A stretch of 64,000 nucleotides of DNA from Azolla caroliniana (taxonomy: Eukaryota; Plantae; Polypodiophyta). The stretch is from positions 7,316,001 to 7,380,000 of the forward strand of contig JBHGNT010000004.1 in the NCBI GenBank assembly GCA_043228905.1, read 5' to 3'. A program made the translations under genes and the position numbers. Every line of letters begins with the position of its first letter. The stretch's first letter is position 1. Below are positions 24,026 through 37,605 of this stretch, in pieces. The notes beneath the pieces were generated by a model, which was given only the letters and a program-made list of their open reading frames with translations, did not search any database and was not told the DNA's origin.

Positions 24026-27000
24026 TGTAGAAAGTAACGTGCGGAAGCAAGTATGAAGACCGAACAGAAGGAAGGGAACTCAGGTTTAATGGAGAGCTTG
24101 AGCTTACACGGTATATGCGGGAGAGACAGAGAGAGTGAGAGAGAAGACACAAAAAACTATATTCAACAATAATACTCAGTCTGCACATAAGACGTGCTCA
24201 GTGAACAATTTTATACAAGCCCTAGAAGGACTGACCGAAGTACTGACAGTACTTCAATGCTCATCAAGAGCTCCTACACTAACTCCCAAATATATTCCTT
24301 ACGGAATATCTTTCCTAACGACCTCCCGGTTTACGCACTCGGCTTAGCCGATTGGTCCCAACCGATCCAGTCCTCGGCTTCTTCAGCCGAACCGTCCAAT
24401 GTTGAGCTAGTCTCTCAACAGTCCCCCTCAAGCTCAACTTGAGGCTCTTCGGGATCCTTGGGCACACAACTCCGGTTCCTCCTGGCTTCACGCCTCGCTC
24501 GCGCTCCTCGACCTGTTCGACTCCGCGCGCTTCGACCCTTCTTCTGTTGTTGCGGTGTCGACACTTCTTCTGCTGCCTTTTCTTCTGCTTGGGCCTCGGT
24601 TGATTCAACGTGTCTGAATCAAACATCCGAACCGACTCGGCCACCTCCGATCGGTTTTCGCTCTCATTCGAGTTGGCTGTCTCCAACTCGTCTTCGGTCT
24701 TCTCGCCTTCGATGGCGTCATCTTCCCCATGCGTGGTTGGCTTCGGCTCTCTCCTTCGGTTGCTCCCCTTCTGTCTGCTTCCGAACTTTTCCGCGGGTCC
24801 GCCCTCGGCTTCTTCAGCCGATCCGATGTTGAACTTGTCAACCGACTCGGTGTCACGGTGTCCGCTCCTTTCCTGCTACCTTGCTTGGTCATTCGGGACT
24901 GTTCTCCCCCTCAAGTTCGGCACGTCAAGGTGACGCAACCCGAGCACACCTGAGAATTGCCGCAACTTGTCCAGACCAAGAGGCTTGGTGAAGATGTCGG
25001 TAGCCTGCCGATCCGTCGGAACGTACTGAAGTTCGACTTCACCGGAAAGGACACGCTCACGGACGAAATGGTAGTGCACCTCAATGTGCTTGGTCCGTGC
25101 ATGGAAAACGGGGTTCTTCGCGAGCTGGATGCTGCTGAGGTTGTCGCAGTAGATCGTCGTCGGATCTGACACCTCCACTTGCAGATCCTTAAGTAGCCAC
25201 TTCAACCATATGGCTTCGCATGTCGCAACAGCCGCTCCTCGGTACTCAGCTTCGGTGCTCGACAGAGCAACTGTCGGTTGCTTCTTACTGCTCCACGCGA
25301 TCGCGGCACTCCCGAGGGAGAACGCGTATCCGGATGTGGATCGGCGATCAGCGGCGTTGCCAGCCCAATCAGCATCGGTGTAGCCGACTAACTGCGCGGC
25401 TGCACCGGTCCGATATAGCAGTCCGCGGTCCTTAGTGCCGCTTACGTACCGAAGTACGGGTTGCGCACACTGAAGGTGCTCCTCGGTAGGTCGCGCCATG
25501 AACTGACTGATCACCCCGACTGGATAACTGAGGTCGGGTCGGGTGATGGTCAAGTATATGAGGCTTCCGACAATTTGTCGGAATCTCGTCGGGTCGCATA
25601 CCTTTCCCGTATCGGGACGAAGCTTGATGGTTCTGTCCAGAGGAGTCGAGACGGACTTACAGTTGGCCATCCCGAGTTTGAAGAGCATACTCAGCACGTA
25701 ATGACGTTGGCTGATCAATATGCCTTCGGGGGTACGGATCACTTCGATCCCGAGGAAGTAATGAAGGTCCCCCAGATCCTTCATGTTGAACGATGCTGCA
25801 AGCTGGAGCTTCCCGCGGTCGATTTCACCTAGGTCGGCGCCGGTGATGACCAAGTCATCAACATACAGTAAAATACTAACCGGTCCGAGTCGACCTTTCC
25901 GGATGAACAGGGAAGAGTCCGATTTTGACGTGACGAAGCCCAACTGACGCAGTTGTTGCGTGATCTTCGCGTTCCAGGCACGCGGGGCTTGCTTCAGTCC
26001 GTAAAGGGACTTCTTCAGTCGGCATATTGCCGAGGAGTTCGTTCCAGAGTGAAATCCGGGGGGCTGTACCATGTACACCTGTTCCTCAAGGTCACCTTGC
26101 AGGAACGCATTCTTTACATCCATCTGATGTAAGTGCCACCCCTTGGCCGCGGCTACTGCGAACAAAACACGGACGGTCGTCATTTTCGCGACCGGCGCAA
26201 ACATCTCATTGTAGTCGATGCCGTGTTTCTGCGCGTAGCCCTTTGCCACTAGCCGAGCCTTGTACCGGTTGACCGAGCCATCGGTGTTGTACTTGACTTT
26301 GTACACCCATCTACACCCGATCGGCTTCACACCCTTCAGTGCATCAACTAGGTCCCAGGTCTCGTTCTCCGCCAATGCGTGCATCTCTTCCTCCATCGCG
26401 AAATGCCAATTCGCGTCTTTAGCCGCTTCTGCGTAGCTCTCCGGCTCACGCACTTCCGCTACACGGGTCATGTATGCATAATGATGCACCATGTACTCGT
26501 TGTAACCGAACCACACAACTGGGTTCTTTTGGCGGGTAGATTGGCGTAATCTCACATTAGCCGATGTCGAGGCCTTCTCGGTCGATGCGGTCTTCATATT
26601 TAAAGACCTGTCACCGGTTCCCTCGGAGTCGGACTCGCGTCGGTCTGACTCGTTCCTTTCCGTGCCAGAATCCAACACCTTCTTCTTCCCTTTCTCTTTG
26701 CGCGTAAGCCGTCTCCTCGGCCTCCTGTGCGGGGAATGCACAGCCGAGTCTCCACTACTCGCCGGCTCTTCATCGGACTGGTCGTACCGACTCAGTCGTC
26801 CAATCGGTCCACTTAACCGGAGTGAAATCGGACTCTCTTCGTGGGTCTTGATTTCGAGCTCATTTGGAGCCATCTCGGCCTCGCTAACCTCATCGTTAGA
26901 GCTCGGATTGGAGTCGAGGTTCGTAGTCGGGGGCAGGTACCAGGACGCGGACTCGTCAAACACAATGTCGTGGCTGACACGCGCTTGTTTGGTGCAAGGG

Positions 27001-29647
27001 TTATAACACTTATAACCCTTCTGCTCGTCCGAGTAATTGACCAAGATGCATTTCTCGGCCTTTGCGTCCAGCTTCCTCCTTTTCTCCTTCGGTACATGCA
27101 CATACGCAATGCTACCGAACACCCTCAAGTGTCGCAAGTTCGGCTTTGTTCCGAAATATAGCTCGTGCGCCGACACTTTGTCTCCAATCCGGTTCTGGAT
27201 GTATACCGCGGTCCTTACCGCCTCGGCCCAGTAGAACTTGGGCAAGCTCTTCTCCTCCAGCATTGCCCGTGCCGCTTCCACAATTGACCGATTCTTTCTC
27301 TCGGCCACGCCGTTCTGCTCTGGCATGTATCTACAACTGAATTCGCGGCGAATTCCCATTTGTTGTAGGTAACCGTTGAATTGACTGGAAAAGTACTCTT
27401 TCCCGCCATCCGACCGCAAACACTTGATCTTTCGTCCCGTTTCGGCTTCCACGAAACCTTTGAGGTCCCGGAAACAGTCGAAGACTTTGCTCTTCCTCTC
27501 AATGAGGTAGATCCACGTGTGCCGTGTGTGGTCGTCGATGAAGGAGACGAAATATCGGCTCCCACCAAGACTAACGTTTTGTGCCAGTCCCCATACATCA
27601 GAGTGTATAAGGTCGAGCTTGTTCCGGCTCCGGTTTCGCTCGTTGGGGAAAGGAAGTCGGTGTTGCTTTCCGAGCTGGCAAGATTCACAAACTTGTGCCT
27701 TTCGGCCACTAAACTTGGGCAATCCGAACACTACCTGTTTCGATTGCAGATCTTGAAGCCGTTGGTGGTTGATGTGGCCTATCTGCTTGTGTCACAAGTC
27801 GATGTCCAACTCGGTCTTTTGTCCCGTCAGTGGAGTCGAGGATGAACATCCTCCCGTCTCTGCGCCCTTGCGCAATCACACGACCTTCTTCCTCAATGAA
27901 GCACCCGAGGTGTGTAAACCAAACCTCCATCCCTTGGTTGACGATCTGTCCGACCGAGACCAAGTTCTTCGTGATTGTCGGAACGTGCAGCACGTTCATG
28001 AGTTTCCCTTTCTGCCCGGCATGGCTAAGGGGAACTTCTCCGACATTTGCGATCGGATGCGGAGTGTCGTCTCCAGTTGCGACTACTCCAGGTTGTATCG
28101 GTTTTTCAAGCTACGAGAACCACTCCTTATGGCTCGTCATGTGGTTTGACGCGCCAGAGTCTACGTACCACACCTCGTCTGATCTCGGGGTGCTCTGTTT
28201 CATTGAGTTTGCTTTGTGTCTCATCACGAAGATAGACCCTTCTCTGACTCTCCCAGAGTCTTGGGCGTAGTGTGATCGCTGCCGATTTCCCTTGTTGGTA
28301 TGTCCGAAGCCGTTTCCGGAACCGGTTCTCTCCGAATCGGCACGCTTCTTCCAGCACTCACTTTCCCTGTGGCCTTTCTTGCCACAGTACCAGCACTCGG
28401 TGATGGCCTTCCCTTGCCGGTTCTCATCGCTTCGACTCCCCTTGTTTCCGGAGGGTCCGGAGTTGCTGTCGGCATCACTTCGGTGCCATCTTCCTTGATC
28501 TCGTCGGCCGCTTCCTTGCGTACCGACTCGCCTCGTCCGCCACGACCATGGGGCCTTTCTCCCTCCGTGTACAACATCTTGCTGTCGGTGTGCGTGCTCG
28601 TCGACACACCCGCGTGGTTCTCCTCTACCAGGAGCATCGACTGTAAGTCGAAAAAGGACGGCGTATTCTCCCGGGTACACACAGCCGTTCGGAACGCTCC
28701 GAACTTCGATGCCAAACCTCCGAGACAGATCTGGACCATCTCGCTCTCCTCGATGTTCACCTCTATGGAGGCGAGGGAGTCGCAGATATCCTTGATCTTC
28801 GAGGTATAGTCTGCCACCGACAAGTCGCGTTGTCGTAGGTTGCTCAACTCCTGTCGGAGCTAAAGCTTCCTGGCTGTGGTGCTCGCGGCGAAAATCTTCT
28901 TCAGATTTTCCCACGCACCCTTCGGCATCTTTGCATCCCGAACATAGCTCAATAGCTGTTCACCCACACACAACGCGAAGCAGTACAATACCCTGCTCGC
29001 CGATTGCTCCCACGACGGGAAGTCTCTGTGTGTCGATTCGGGTGCCGCGTCCTTAACTCCTTCGACATAACTCCAGTAGCCGTGCCCGAGCAGGTACTGG
29101 TGCATCTTGTAGGACCAAGACACGTAGTTGGTTCTGTCGAGCTTCTCTGTTGGAAGCGAGCTCGCCATGCCTCTCTCCATCGTTCTTCTCGTTCTTCTTC
29201 GTCAAGCTGTGTCGGCTGCAGAGAGGTTCTCAACCCTCGCGCTCTGATACCATGTAGAAAGTAACATGCGGAAGCAAGTATGAAGACCGAACAGAAGGAA
29301 GGAAACTCAGGTTTAATGGAGAGCTTGAGCTTACACAGTATACGCGGGAGAGACAGAGAGAGTGAGAGAGAAGACACAAAAAACTATATTCAACAATAAT
29401 ACTCAGTCTGTACATAAGGCGTGCTCAGTGAACACTTTTATACAAGCCCTAGAAGGACTGACCGAAGTACTGACAGTACTTCAATGCTCATCAAGAGCTC
29501 CTACACTAACTCCCAAATATATTCCTTACGGAATATCTTTTCTAATGACCTCCCGGTTTACGCACTCGGCCTAGCCGATTGGTCCCAACCGATCGAGTCC
29601 TCGGCTTCTTCAGCCGAACCGGCCGATGTTGAGCTTGTCTCTCAACA
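24026..29647 (-). mobile_element. Copia-4, short-LTR Ale/Ivana-like element inserted in the Copia-3 5' LTR
   Basis: 395-bp LTRs 24026-24420 and 29253-29647 (about 14 differences counted by eye); TSD catat 24021-24025 and 29648-29652; PBS tggtatcagagc abutting the LTR at 29241-29252; PPT from 24421. Confidence 0.95.
24876..29180 (-). pseudogene. Copia-4 gag-pol
   Basis: EKLDRTNYVSW gag, CWYCGKKGHRESEC, WYVDSGASNHM, and a 951-aa INT-RT-RH ORF (HQMDVKNAFLQG, LYVDD, YTDADWAG). Confidence 0.93.
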
Positions 29648-31689
29648 CATATTTATACTAATATGACTTTTCGGCTATTTACAAATATAGCCTCGATGGA
29701 CTCTCAGAAACATATTTACCAATATGTCTCCTCATCCGGTTCATACCGGGTCTGCACCATCCGGCTCTCCGTAGCCGGGTACTCCTCATCCGGTTCATAC
29801 CGGGTCTGCACCATCCGGCTCTCCGTAGCTGGGTACTCCTCATCCGGTTCTCACCGGGTCTGCACCATCCGGCTCTCTGTAGCCGGGTACTCCTCATCCG
29901 GTTTCGTACCGGGTCTGCACCATCCGGCTCTCCGTAGCCAGGTACTCCTCTTCCGGTTTCGGCCTCGGCCGATTGTTCGTCGGCACTGTTCTTCTCCCTT
30001 CCCATCCGGAGGGACCTGTCTCCCAACAGGAGCTCGCATCTTTATCTTTCCGACGCGCCTCCTCATCTAGCAAGCTCGACTTTACTCTTGCTAGGGATAA
30101 CCGCTTTCCTCCGGCCCGGCGTTGCCTAAAGTGACAACCAACGTCTCCAAGCTATCCTGGAGGGAACCGAGCAGGAGTAGCGCTAGTACCTCGTCGGCGA
30201 GAGGTACTTCCAATGATGTTGCTTGGTGTATCAGCCCCTGGAAGGCATTCATGTGCTCCGCCATGCTGGAGCCATCTTGGTACCGGAGTGTTACCAACTT
30301 CCGGAATACCGAAACCTGATTAACAACATTTTTGTTTTGAAACATTATGCCGATCTTCTCCCAGAGCTCATGAGCCTTGCTCTCTTCATTGAAGTTGTTG
30401 TACAGGCTTATGTCGATGAAGCACCGTATGTACACCGTTGTCTTCATGTGCATCACCTCCCATATCGCAACGTCGATTTTGTCCAGTCTCTTGTCCCCAA
30501 ACTGAACCGGCAACCAAAGATCTTTAACCATGAGCATATCCCTCATCTTCGACTTCCACACTGAATAGTTGGAGCCGGTGAGCTTGAACATGCCGCCCAA
30601 CGATTCGTCCATTTTCTGTGTCGATTCGCTCTGATACCACTTGATAGGAACTGAAACGCTCCCTATACGAAACGCTCGGCCACAACTGAGCTTAGAATCA
30701 TACACAGAAAACGGGAAATAGATGTACGACACAAAGAAGAGAAGAGTACACAGGATGTTTACGTGGAAAACCCCAAACTAGGGAAAAAACCACGGCAGCC
30801 CACAGGCTGCGAACTATCACTATGTTAGAATGTAGAACAGTGAGTTCACGGAGGCAACAACCTCGTGCTCACGATCTTCGCCACAGGCGGCAGTTACAAC
30901 AGAGGCAACGACCTCTTTCTCTCTCTCTCTCTCTGTACACTATTATGCGCTCTCTCTTCTTACACCAACAAAAATGACAACAACCATGACTAAAAGTTTT
31001 CCCTAAGTCATATTTATACTAATATGACTTTTCGGCTATTTACAGATATAGCCTCGATGGACTCTCAGAAACATATTTACGAATCTGTCTCTTCATCCGG
31101 TGAGCATTCCTCACCGGGTCTGCACCATCCGGCTCTCCGTAGCTGGGTACTCCTCATCCGGTTCTCACCGGGTCTGCACCATTCGGGTCTCCATAGCCGT
31201 GTACTCCTCATCCGGTTCTCACCGGGTCTGCACCATCCGGGTCTCCGTAGCTGGGTACTCCTCATCCGGTTCTCAACGGGTCTGCACCATCCGGCTCTCC
31301 ATAGCCAGGTACTCCTCATCCGGTTCTCACCGGGTCTGCACCATCCGGCTCTCCGTAGCCATGTACTCCTCATCCGGTTTCGGCCTCGACCGAGTTTGTT
31401 CATCGGCACTGTTCTTCTCTCTTCCCATCCGGAGGGACCTATCTCCCAACAAAGAGATGATGAAATGAGGGTAGCTAGGCCTCATATTTATAGCCAAACC
31501 CAAGGCCCCCAAGCAAGTTCACACTTAGCCTAATTGGTTGTCTCAATGTCGAGGACTAAAAGTAATCCTCCCCTTCTTTACACTCCTGTTTAACCCTCCC
31601 ACTTATCCACGTGTATAGAATACTACAATAAATTCTCACCACGGGATATTATATGGTCATGCCTATAACATACTCATCCCCCCTCTTTA

Positions 31690-34600
31690 AAACATTGCAC
31701 ACATGCAATGGAAACTTAGGGAAGTTAGTTTTAAGAGTATTTTCATGTTCCCATGTGGCATCTTTGATAGATTTATCTATCCATTTTATTTTAAATTCTT
31801 AGATTATTTTAGTACGTAGATGTTTTGTTTTAACATCGAGAATTCTTTTTGGTACATGTGGTTTAGAAGATAATTCTTCAGAGGTAACCAGAATTTCAAT
31901 TGTAACTGTATTGTCACCAGAACCTAGAAGTTCTTTTAGATGACTTACATGAAAAACTGGATGAATTTCAACGTCATCGGGAAGAGCAAGACGATAGGCT
32001 AATGAACCAATGCGTTTGAGGACTTGAAAAGGTCCACAAAACCGTGGGGCTAACTTAGCGCACTTAACTCATGCAATATGCAACATATCTTGCATATCCC
32101 GAAGAAATCTTTGCGTACTTCACAACTTATCATGATGTATATTAACATCAATCGGGGCTCAGGGCTGAAAACTTTACATCAACATAAAAGGACTATATCC
32201 CGTCGACGTATCCTTGGAGCTGTTATAAAAAAAATACAAAATTGGGAGATAACGTTCCCCTTTTGTTGGTTTTGCACCAACGTATGCTCGAAGCATGTCC
32301 TCAATAATTTGTTTTACTCGTTTTGTCTGTTCATCGGATTGAGGATGATCCGTGGAGCTCATGCTCAACGTAGTTTCTAACTTATTAAAGATTTGCGTCC
32401 AGAAGTCTCTAGTAAACTTTGGATCTCGATCATTCACAATATCCATCGGTAACCCATAAAAATGAAATAACTTGTCATCAAATTGGTAAGCCAATTTAGG
32501 AGTTGTTACCGTGGTTTTAGTAGCAATAAATTTGGCCATTTTAGTTAGTCTATCAACCACAACCTAGATGACATAATGGCCTTTTTGGGTGCGAGGAAGG
32601 CTAACAATAAAATCCATGGATATACTTTCTCACTTATTATTGGGAATGTCCAAGGGATGTAGAAGTCTTGTGGCTTTAAGTCGTTCGACTTTGTTAACCT
32701 AACATTGGTGACATTTACTCACATCTAGCTATGTATGTCAAGACGCATCTTAGGCCAATAGAATTGAGTGGAGATGAGAACGAGTGTACGATGTATTCCA
32801 GGGTGCCCTGCTGAGGGTGCATCATAGCATTAAAATAGAATTCTCTTTTTGACCTCAGGAAAATCCGGAACACAAACCTTCCCATTACGGTAGAGTAGAC
32901 CATTGACAATGTGGAAGGATTCCTTCGAGGATGTGGTGGTGTCTGTTCTAGACTCAACTCTTGCCCAGTATTTCGCAAAATAACTATCATTAGGATACTT
33001 TCCTCGAAGATGATCATAAAGATATGATGTTATTTCAGTGAAGCTAAGCATGTTAACTTCATGGATGTGACTTAGTGCATCAGCGACAGTGTTCATGGAA
33101 CCTTTACGATATCGTATGGAAAAATCAAAGTCCTAGATGAGATCAACCCATCATGCCTTACGACCTTTCAGGTCTTGTTGGTCACAAAAATATTTCAAGG
33201 ACTCGTGGTTTGTTGTTACCACAAAACAATTTCCATAAAGATAATGGCGCCATGTTTTGAGCACATGTATAACTGCAAATAATTCCTTTTCTTGAACGGT
33301 ATACCGACATTGACCAGAATCAAGTTTCTTACTCTCGAATGCTATTGGTTTACCATCTTGATATAAGACAACACCTATAGCATAATCGCTTGCATCGATT
33401 TCAACCTCAAATGGTATTGAAGGATCGGGTAAATGAAGTGAAGGATCCTTGCACACCAGGTCCTTGAGTTCCTTAAAGGCGAGGTCTAGTGTAGCATTCC
33501 ACACAATAGGTTTTGTAGACTTAAGTGTTTGACCTTTTAGAAGATCAGTAAACGGCGCCGTCAATTGGGAGAAATTACGAAGGGATTTTCCCAAAAACCC
33601 GACAAAACCAAGGAATGATTGAACTTCTCGAATATTCCGAAGAGTGGGCCAAAGTTTGATTTTCTCGATGCAAGAAGGATCAATTTCAGCTCCTCGTTCA
33701 GTTATGAGATGTCCAAGATAAGTAATTGATTTCTTGAAGAACTCACATTTTGAGATCTTCTCATAGAATTGCTTGCCACACAATATTTGTAAAACAACGC
33801 GGACATGTTTAGCATGTTCTTCTAATGTATGACTATAAACTAGAATATCATCCAAGAAAATAATGACAAATTTTCCATGTTGTTCTTGGAAACTGTTCTC
33901 GGAAAATGTCATTCATTTCTTGTTGAAATGTAGTCGGGGCATTCGTCAAACCAAAATGCAAAACCAAAAACTCATAATGGCCAGAGCACGTACGAAATGT
34001 CGTTTTAGGAACATCGTCCTCACTTATACAAATTTGATGGTAACCTGTACGAAGATCAAGTTTCGTAAAATACCGAGCTCCCTGGAGACGATCAATTAGA
34101 TCATCAGCCCGGGGCAATGGATATGAATTCTTGATCGTCAGTTTATTCAAGCATCAGTAAATAATACACATACACCATGTGCCCTCTTTCTTCTTTACCA
34201 CGAGAACAGGTGCACCCCATGGAGATTTAGTATAACGTATATAACCCATTCGTAAATAGTCCTTGAGTTGCTTAGATACCTCATCCTCTTCGGATCGACT
34301 TAAGTGATAAGGAGGTATACTTATTGGTGCAATGCCAGGTACAATATCTATATGATGGTCTATATTACGTTTAGGAGGTAACCCATGTGGTAGTTCACTC
34401 GAAAAAACATTAGGAAAATCATTTAAGATTTCATCGAGTTGTTGTTCAAAATATGATAATTGACCCGAGATATTATCGATATTGTAAATGTGAATGTTCG
34501 GATCAAGTACACAATAAAATAAAGTAGAACAAGACAACTTAGATATTGATGGAGAGGAAACAATCGAAAGAGATTGTTTTTAACGCATTGAATAAAATGA

Positions 34601-35963
34601 GTACAATCGTTCAATGCAAAAGTAATTGAATGATGAACCCAATCAATAGATAAAGAAGAATTTTTATTAAAAAACCAGGGATAACCCAGTATTACATCAG
34701 TGGTACAAAGATTCATTACATGGAAGTCTACTTCCTCTATATAAGTATCAATAGAAATTCCTAATGAATGAATTGCCCCGTTGATGTATTGTACTATTCC
34801 ATCAACCCTATAGGTGTGATCATTTACGGTGGGTTGGATTCCCCATATCTGAACCAAATGATCATTCACAAAATTGTGTGAGCTTCCTGAATCAAATAAA
34901 ATTTGTACGGAAGATCCATTGATATACCCGTTTGCACATAGTAAATCATTGGGTCCCAATACATAGTGAGGGAAAGAATATTGACAATTAAATGATGTGT
35001 ATAGACCTCAAGGACATTAGGAATCTGACCTTTATGATTTGCAATTTTTGCTTTTTTGTCGTGCTCTTTCCGTTGGAGCTTTCAACATTGTTCTTTTGTA
35101 TGACGCTTCTTTTTGCATAATACGCAAAAAGGATGTTGTCACTTACAATCGCGATCCATGAATTCGTTGGGTGTCTTGCATTTCCCAGCGAATTGTGACT
35201 GCTTAGTCCCGGGCGCTTCGTTGGGTTTGTTATGGTTCTTCTTCGAAGTGCGTTGATAGCGACGAACTATTTCAACGACCTCTTCGAAGGATTTTGGATC
35301 CTTATCGTGCACTATCCAGTGATAGTCCGAATTGGGGATGCCATTGACAAAACAAGCAATGAACCAATTATCCCATACTAGACCCGATTTCTGGATTTGG
35401 GTTCTAACATGGTGAACATAGTCTTCTAGTGAGGAAAACTTCCTGTTAGAGAGGTTCATTAAAGCTTGTGCTACCTCGGTTCAAGAGGGAGGTTGCAGAA
35501 ATTGGTCCTTGAAAACTGTGACAAAATCTATCCAGGTATTGGGTAATTTCCCCAAAGTTCGGAGCCCACGCCACCAGGCAGCAACCTTACCCCCTAGTTC
35601 TTGGCCGACATATGCAATCTTGTTACTATCTGGCGTGGGATAGAGCTCAAAATGAGACTCCCATCGGCCCAGCCACGTGCAAATTGCTTCTTCGGTTCTT
35701 TCCTTTTTTTCTCTTGTAAATGGTTTTACGACAAATGATGGTTCACCTTGACGCTCATCAAGTTTATTAGTGTCATGTTGTAAACTAATGACACGTGCCT
35801 CGAGAGCACTTTGAAATTGCCGAAGTTCGGACATCTGATGAGCGGTTGAACTAAGGAAATTTTGTATTTGTAAGAAATATGACTCAATGGAGATTGGTCC
35901 AAGAGGATTTCCTTGAGTTCCTTCCGCTTGAGCGGATGACATCGGGTTGTTATTATGAGCCAT
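31690..35963 (-). pseudogene. Gypsy-A gag-pol with chromodomain, heavily decayed
   Basis: Gag (AAWW..LPNTW), protease LFDSGSSHNF, RT ([20 protein letters not shown]), RH (DASDYAIG), INT (VDRLTKMAKFI, NDRDPKF). Confidence 0.9.
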
Positions 35964-37605
35964 TGAATGATAATTTCTGGCAAAGAAGTAGGATAAGGTC
36001 AGACAAATAGTCATAACATCATGTTGTGATGTAAATATATCATGGGCCAACATTAATCGATATCATGATCTCACGCCAATACCCCTCTAGACGTATGAGA
36101 TGAGGTTCAAGATCATGTTACTATGGTAACACAAATGTGTTTTAAAAACCATGGGGGTGACAAATGAATGTCTTTCCCTGATCTCTATATCGATTTTTTC
36201 ATGGCGGCTCCCCAAGGCTCAATCATGTATGTTTGTGTCATGAATAGTTTATACACGAAAAAGATATTAGCGATAAACTATGTTTTTGTGCCCATGTATG
36301 TGGTTTTGGCTCTTTCATTCCTATTACGAGGACCCCGAAGTGCACTTAGACCTCAAGTCTAAACATGTGTTATAGTCATATGTATCAACGATGTTGTATG
36401 GGCTTGGTCATATTTGAACTTGAGACCTCGAGAACAAATGCATTAAACACTTGAGCTAATCAAATAGGTTGTTCATGTTGAATGTTTAACGTTTTATGCG
36501 AGGCATTTGCCCATATATGTTTTTATAAAAGAAACATATATGTCAAGAGTCCTTATTTCCTCTCGTTTACCACAAACTATGTTGGTACGTTACTGATAGG
36601 GTGTATAAGATAATAGATAGTTATACACTATATGAGGGCTTGACCAAACCGATTAGATGGAGTTGAAAATCATAATATATTATATAGCTCTAGGTAATTA
36701 TGATTGGAGAGTATAACTCAAGAAACTAAGAAAAAAGATAGAGAAAGCGAGCAAGAAATAAGAATGTTCTGATATTCCAACATCAAGAGAATACAAAGGA
36801 GACAAACTCCACATTGAACTAAAACCAAAGACCTTCCTCTTCTAAGACACTTCCTCTTCCACAAAGACACTTCTTCCTAACACTCCTCATCCACTCTTTG
36901 GCCTTCACTCTTAGCCCCGCCTCTTAGCCTATATCACTTCTTCTTTTATAACCTTCCTCTTCTTATCCACGTTCATGCTATTTTTAGAAGCTTTTTATCT
37001 CCCTATTTTTAGCTATGACATATCGACCTTCTAATCGTCATATCTCCCTCATCCGATATCCAAATTAAGCGATTTAAAAAGCTATAGAAAGCTCTTTTTA
37101 CAAGCTTTCTAATCCATATTTAAACGTGATATTTGGATAAACAACGAGGGAGTTATGACCATTCTATTTTTACTGTTTTTTATAGTCTGTGTTTTCTCTT
37201 TTTACTTTTCTCTTGGTCTCGTACTTTTACTTTTGACTTCTTCCCTAAGGTCTTTAGTTCGTGTTCTTATCCTCAAAAGGTGAATTATCTATACTTTATA
37301 TTCTCCTAATGTTCAATGGCTTAGATTCTAAAAACACTTTCACATTTAGCCCTCCCCCTTGTTAGAGGCTAAGCCATTTATGGCGAAGCACTTATTGGCA
37401 GTACTTAACAAACAAAAGCTCTCTCGCCAATCTCTTGGCTATAGACAATGAGAGAGATATAATAAAAAGAAAATAAAAAGATGTGAGTAAAACCCCCGCT
37501 AATCGGTAGGAAAAACCTCACATTCTCTACAAATAAAAAAGATAATCACTATTACCATCTTCCTCTTTGTTAATAGAGAGAAAGAGGGGTCTATAATATG
37601 GACTA

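Larger units (their letters stand above)
18777..30028 (-). mobile_element. Copia-3, same Tork-like family, inserted in Copia-2 gag
   Basis: LTRs 18777-19547 and 23632-24025 + 29653-30028; TSD ggagc 18772-18776 and 30029-30033; PBS 23618-23629; PPT about 19548-19560. Confidence 0.95.
14535..31451 (-). mobile_element. Copia-2, Tork/Tnt1-like, inserted in the Gypsy-A 3' LTR
   Basis: LTRs 14535-15298 and 30642-31451; TSD aagag 14530-14534 and 31452-31456; PBS tggtatcagagc about 30628-30639; PPT about 15299-15311. Confidence 0.95.
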
